Assembly: GCA_902558885.1 (NCBI GenBank) | Contig: CACEFQ010000005.1 | Location: 43,659 to 107,658, forward strand | Reading direction: 5' to 3' | Origin: an uncultured SAR116 cluster alpha proteobacterium | GTDB taxonomy: Bacteria > Pseudomonadota > Alphaproteobacteria > Puniceispirillales > Marisalimonadaceae | Length of the DNA: 64,000 nucleotides | In this document: piece by piece, positions 62,208 to 64,000 of the stretch | Layout: each line of letters begins with the position of its first letter | Position numbering within the stretch: position 1 is the first letter of the stretch | The notes under the pieces: model-generated | Told to the model about the DNA's origin: nothing | The model's database searches: none | What the model saw: the letters and a program-made list of their open reading frames with translations, nothing else | Position numbers and translations under genes: made by a program

Positions 62208-62624
62208 ATGGCAAAACCTGAATGGGGTATAAAAAGAATTTGTTCTTCATGTAATACAAAATATTATGACATGAAAAAATCTCCCATAATATGTCCTTCC
62301 TGCGGTGCTGAATTTGATCCTAACGATTACTTAAAAACAAGAAAAGGTAAGAGTGTTTCTTCAAAAACTTCATTAGAAAATAACAATGTTCTAACAAAAG
62401 ATATTGAAAACATTGATAACATTGACGATATCGATGTTGATCCGGATGGTGAAGTTGTGAGTGACGATGATCCATTACTTGAAATAAATAAAGAAGATCA
62501 AAGTGCAATAGCTGATGACGAAATAGATATGGATGACAATATATCTTTCATTGATGATGATGAAATTACAGAGGATGATGGAAATAGTATCAATGTAGAA
62601 ATAAATGAAGATGATAAGAATTAA
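62208..62624 (+). CDS. TIGR02300 (FYDLN_acid) family protein
   Basis: MAKPEWGIKRICSSC..KYYDM...CPSCG zinc ribbon plus acidic tail; between aroA and tRNA-Ala. Confidence 0.92.
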   Translation: MAKPEWGIKRICSSCNTKYYDMKKSPIICPSCGAEFDPNDYLKTRKGKSVSSKTSLENNNVLTKDIENIDNIDDIDVDPDGEVVSDDDPLLEINKEDQSAIADDEIDMDDNISFIDDDEITEDDGNSINVEINEDDKN

Positions 62625-62633
62625 AATATTTTT

Positions 62634-62709
62634 GGGGCTATAGCTCAGCTGGGAGAGCGCTACACTGGCAGTGTAGAGGTCAGGGGTTCGAGCCCCCTTA
62701 GCTCCACCA
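62634..62709 (+). tRNA. tRNA-Ala(GGC)
   Basis: GGGGCTATAGCTCAGCTGGGAGAGCGCTACACT-GGC-AGTGTAGAGGTCAGGGGTTCGAGCCCCCTTAGCTCCACCA, 76 nt, G3:U70. Confidence 0.97.
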
Positions 62710-62774
62710 TTACCTAAGGAGTTTTAAAATATATACTTACCAAACTGTTCATTTAGTTGATTTTGGATTTAAAT

Positions 62775-63713
62775 ATGCCAATTGTAGCTTTTTATAGTAA
62801 CAACAGTAATCCTGATTTGCAAAATCAATGGGAAAACAGATTGCAAGCTCACTATCCAGAAATTAGTTTGGTGCCATTGTTTAGTGATCAAGCAGAAAGT
62901 GCAATAACTGCTCTTTTATGGAAAGCACCGCTTGAAAGAGTAAATACATTAAAAAATTTAAAAGTTCTAATATCATTAGGCCAAGGTGTAGATCATATTC
63001 TTAAAGATAACATAATTGATAATGAAATACCAGTTGTTAGGATAGTTGATACTTTTATGGCAAAATCAATGAGTCATTGGGTAGCTATGTCAGTTCTCAA
63101 TTTTATTAGGGATACATTTGGTTATTATAACCAACAAAAAAATAAAACTTACAAACCTAGAAAGGAAATTAACTTTACTACCTTAAAAATTGCAGTTTAT
63201 GGTGTAGGAGAGATAGGAAGTGTTGTTGTTAAAGATCTCAAACAATTAGGATTTAAAGTCTATGGGTGGAGCAGAACTAAAAAAAATATTGCTGGTATAG
63301 ATTGTTTCATTGGTGAAGATAAATTTAAGTATCTACTTAAATCATGTGATATTCATATTTGTCTCCTCCCATTAACTATCCAAACAAATAATATTTTTAA
63401 TAATTCTACATTTAAAATCATGAAACATGGTTCATGTTTTATAAATGCTGGAAGAGGAGAACAAGTGGTTGAAGAGGATTTAATAGAAAATTGTCAATCC
63501 GGACATATTTCTTTGGCAATTTTAGATGTTTATCGTGTAGAACCATTACCAAAAAATAGTAGACTATGGGAACAAGAAAACATTAAGATTTGGCCTCATG
63601 TAGCTGCAGAAACAAATCCCGAAACTGCAGCTAAACAAATAGCAAATGCAATAAAATGTATTGAAAATGGGAAAATACCGCCTAACACAATAGAAAGAAA
63701 ACTAGGTTATTAA
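62775..63713 (+). CDS. ghrA: Glyoxylate/hydroxypyruvate reductase A-like D-2-hydroxyacid dehydrogenase
   Basis: GQGVDHI, GVGEIG, GWSRT, LLPLT, INAGRG, LDV...EPLP, PHVA; start probably ATG 62775. Confidence 0.8.
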   Translation: MPIVAFYSNNSNPDLQNQWENRLQAHYPEISLVPLFSDQAESAITALLWKAPLERVNTLKNLKVLISLGQGVDHILKDNIIDNEIPVVRIVDTFMAKSMSHWVAMSVLNFIRDTFGYYNQQKNKTYKPRKEINFTTLKIAVYGVGEIGSVVVKDLKQLGFKVYGWSRTKKNIAGIDCFIGEDKFKYLLKSCDIHICLLPLTIQTNNIFNNSTFKIMKHGSCFINAGRGEQVVEEDLIENCQSGHISLAILDVYRVEPLPKNSRLWEQENIKIWPHVAAETNPETAAKQIANAIKCIENGKIPPNTIERKLGY

Positions 63714-63738
63714 TATTTTAAATTTAGGAGAGATGATT

Positions 63739-64000
63739 ATGGACTTAAAACAAAAGTTAACATCATTGTCCCAAATGCGTGGTGCAATGATTTTTGAATT
63801 TTTTAGTCCTGGAATACCAGTTATACTAAAAAACGCGGGTTGTGAATTTATAATTTTTGACATGGAGCATGGAGGACTCTCTTTAGAGCAATTTAAAACC
63901 CTTTCTATAATATCAAATGCTAATAAAATTTCACCATTTATAAGAATCCCCGAAATAAATTATAATTATATAGCTAGAGCCCTAGATTTGGGTGCATCAG
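63739..64000 (+). CDS. HpcH/HpaI class II pyruvate aldolase family protein, partial (runs off the window)
   Basis: AGGAG RBS; manual translation MDLKQKL...GCEFIIFDMEHG...PFIRIP...IARALDLGA. Confidence 0.88.
   Translation, partial: MDLKQKLTSLSQMRGAMIFEFFSPGIPVILKNAGCEFIIFDMEHGGLSLEQFKTLSIISNANKISPFIRIPEINYNYIARALDLGAS

Noticed and set aside
62390-62624. Short GAT/GAC/ATT-rich repeats in the TIGR02300 gene
   Set aside because: They encode the family's normal Asp/Glu-rich tail and are not an array.

Overview
This is an AT-rich (roughly 30% GC by eye), tightly packed segment of an alphaproteobacterial chromosome. The assignment rests on chvIG-ahcY, atp12, TIGR02300-tRNA-Ala-aroA-cmk-rpsA and trpFBA-accD-folC-trxA. 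Short spacers and overlapping gene ends suggest a streamlined, probably marine lineage (inference). The window holds, in order: the start of the dcw cluster (murE partial, ftsI, ftsL, rsmH, mraZ) with rnpB upstream; a block of metabolic and accessory genes (about 4-21 kb); rlmB, tRNA-Thr and tRNA-Tyr followed by tuf and the S10-spc-alpha ribosomal super-operon; rluC-HAD-atp12 flanked by two putative nucleases; lipB, tRNA-Leu and a small variable patch with a probable pseudogene; polA, chvIG, ahcY, tsaE, exonuclease I, trxA; folC-accD-trpABF-ihfB-rpsA-cmk-aroA; TIGR02300, tRNA-Ala, ghrA and a partial aldolase. I saw no CRISPR array, IS element, integrase or prophage, and no complete novel multi-gene system can be demonstrated from the sequence alone. 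The best leads are a chimeric tRNA-Tyr-tuf-rpsJ junction, a stand-alone HEPN-like protein and a DUF429-like RNase H-fold protein bracketing rluC-HAD-atp12, exonuclease I in the usual addAB slot, a crotonase lacking both catalytic glutamates coupled to a CoA-transferase, and small possibly phage-related ORFs. All family calls come from motif recognition without database searches.
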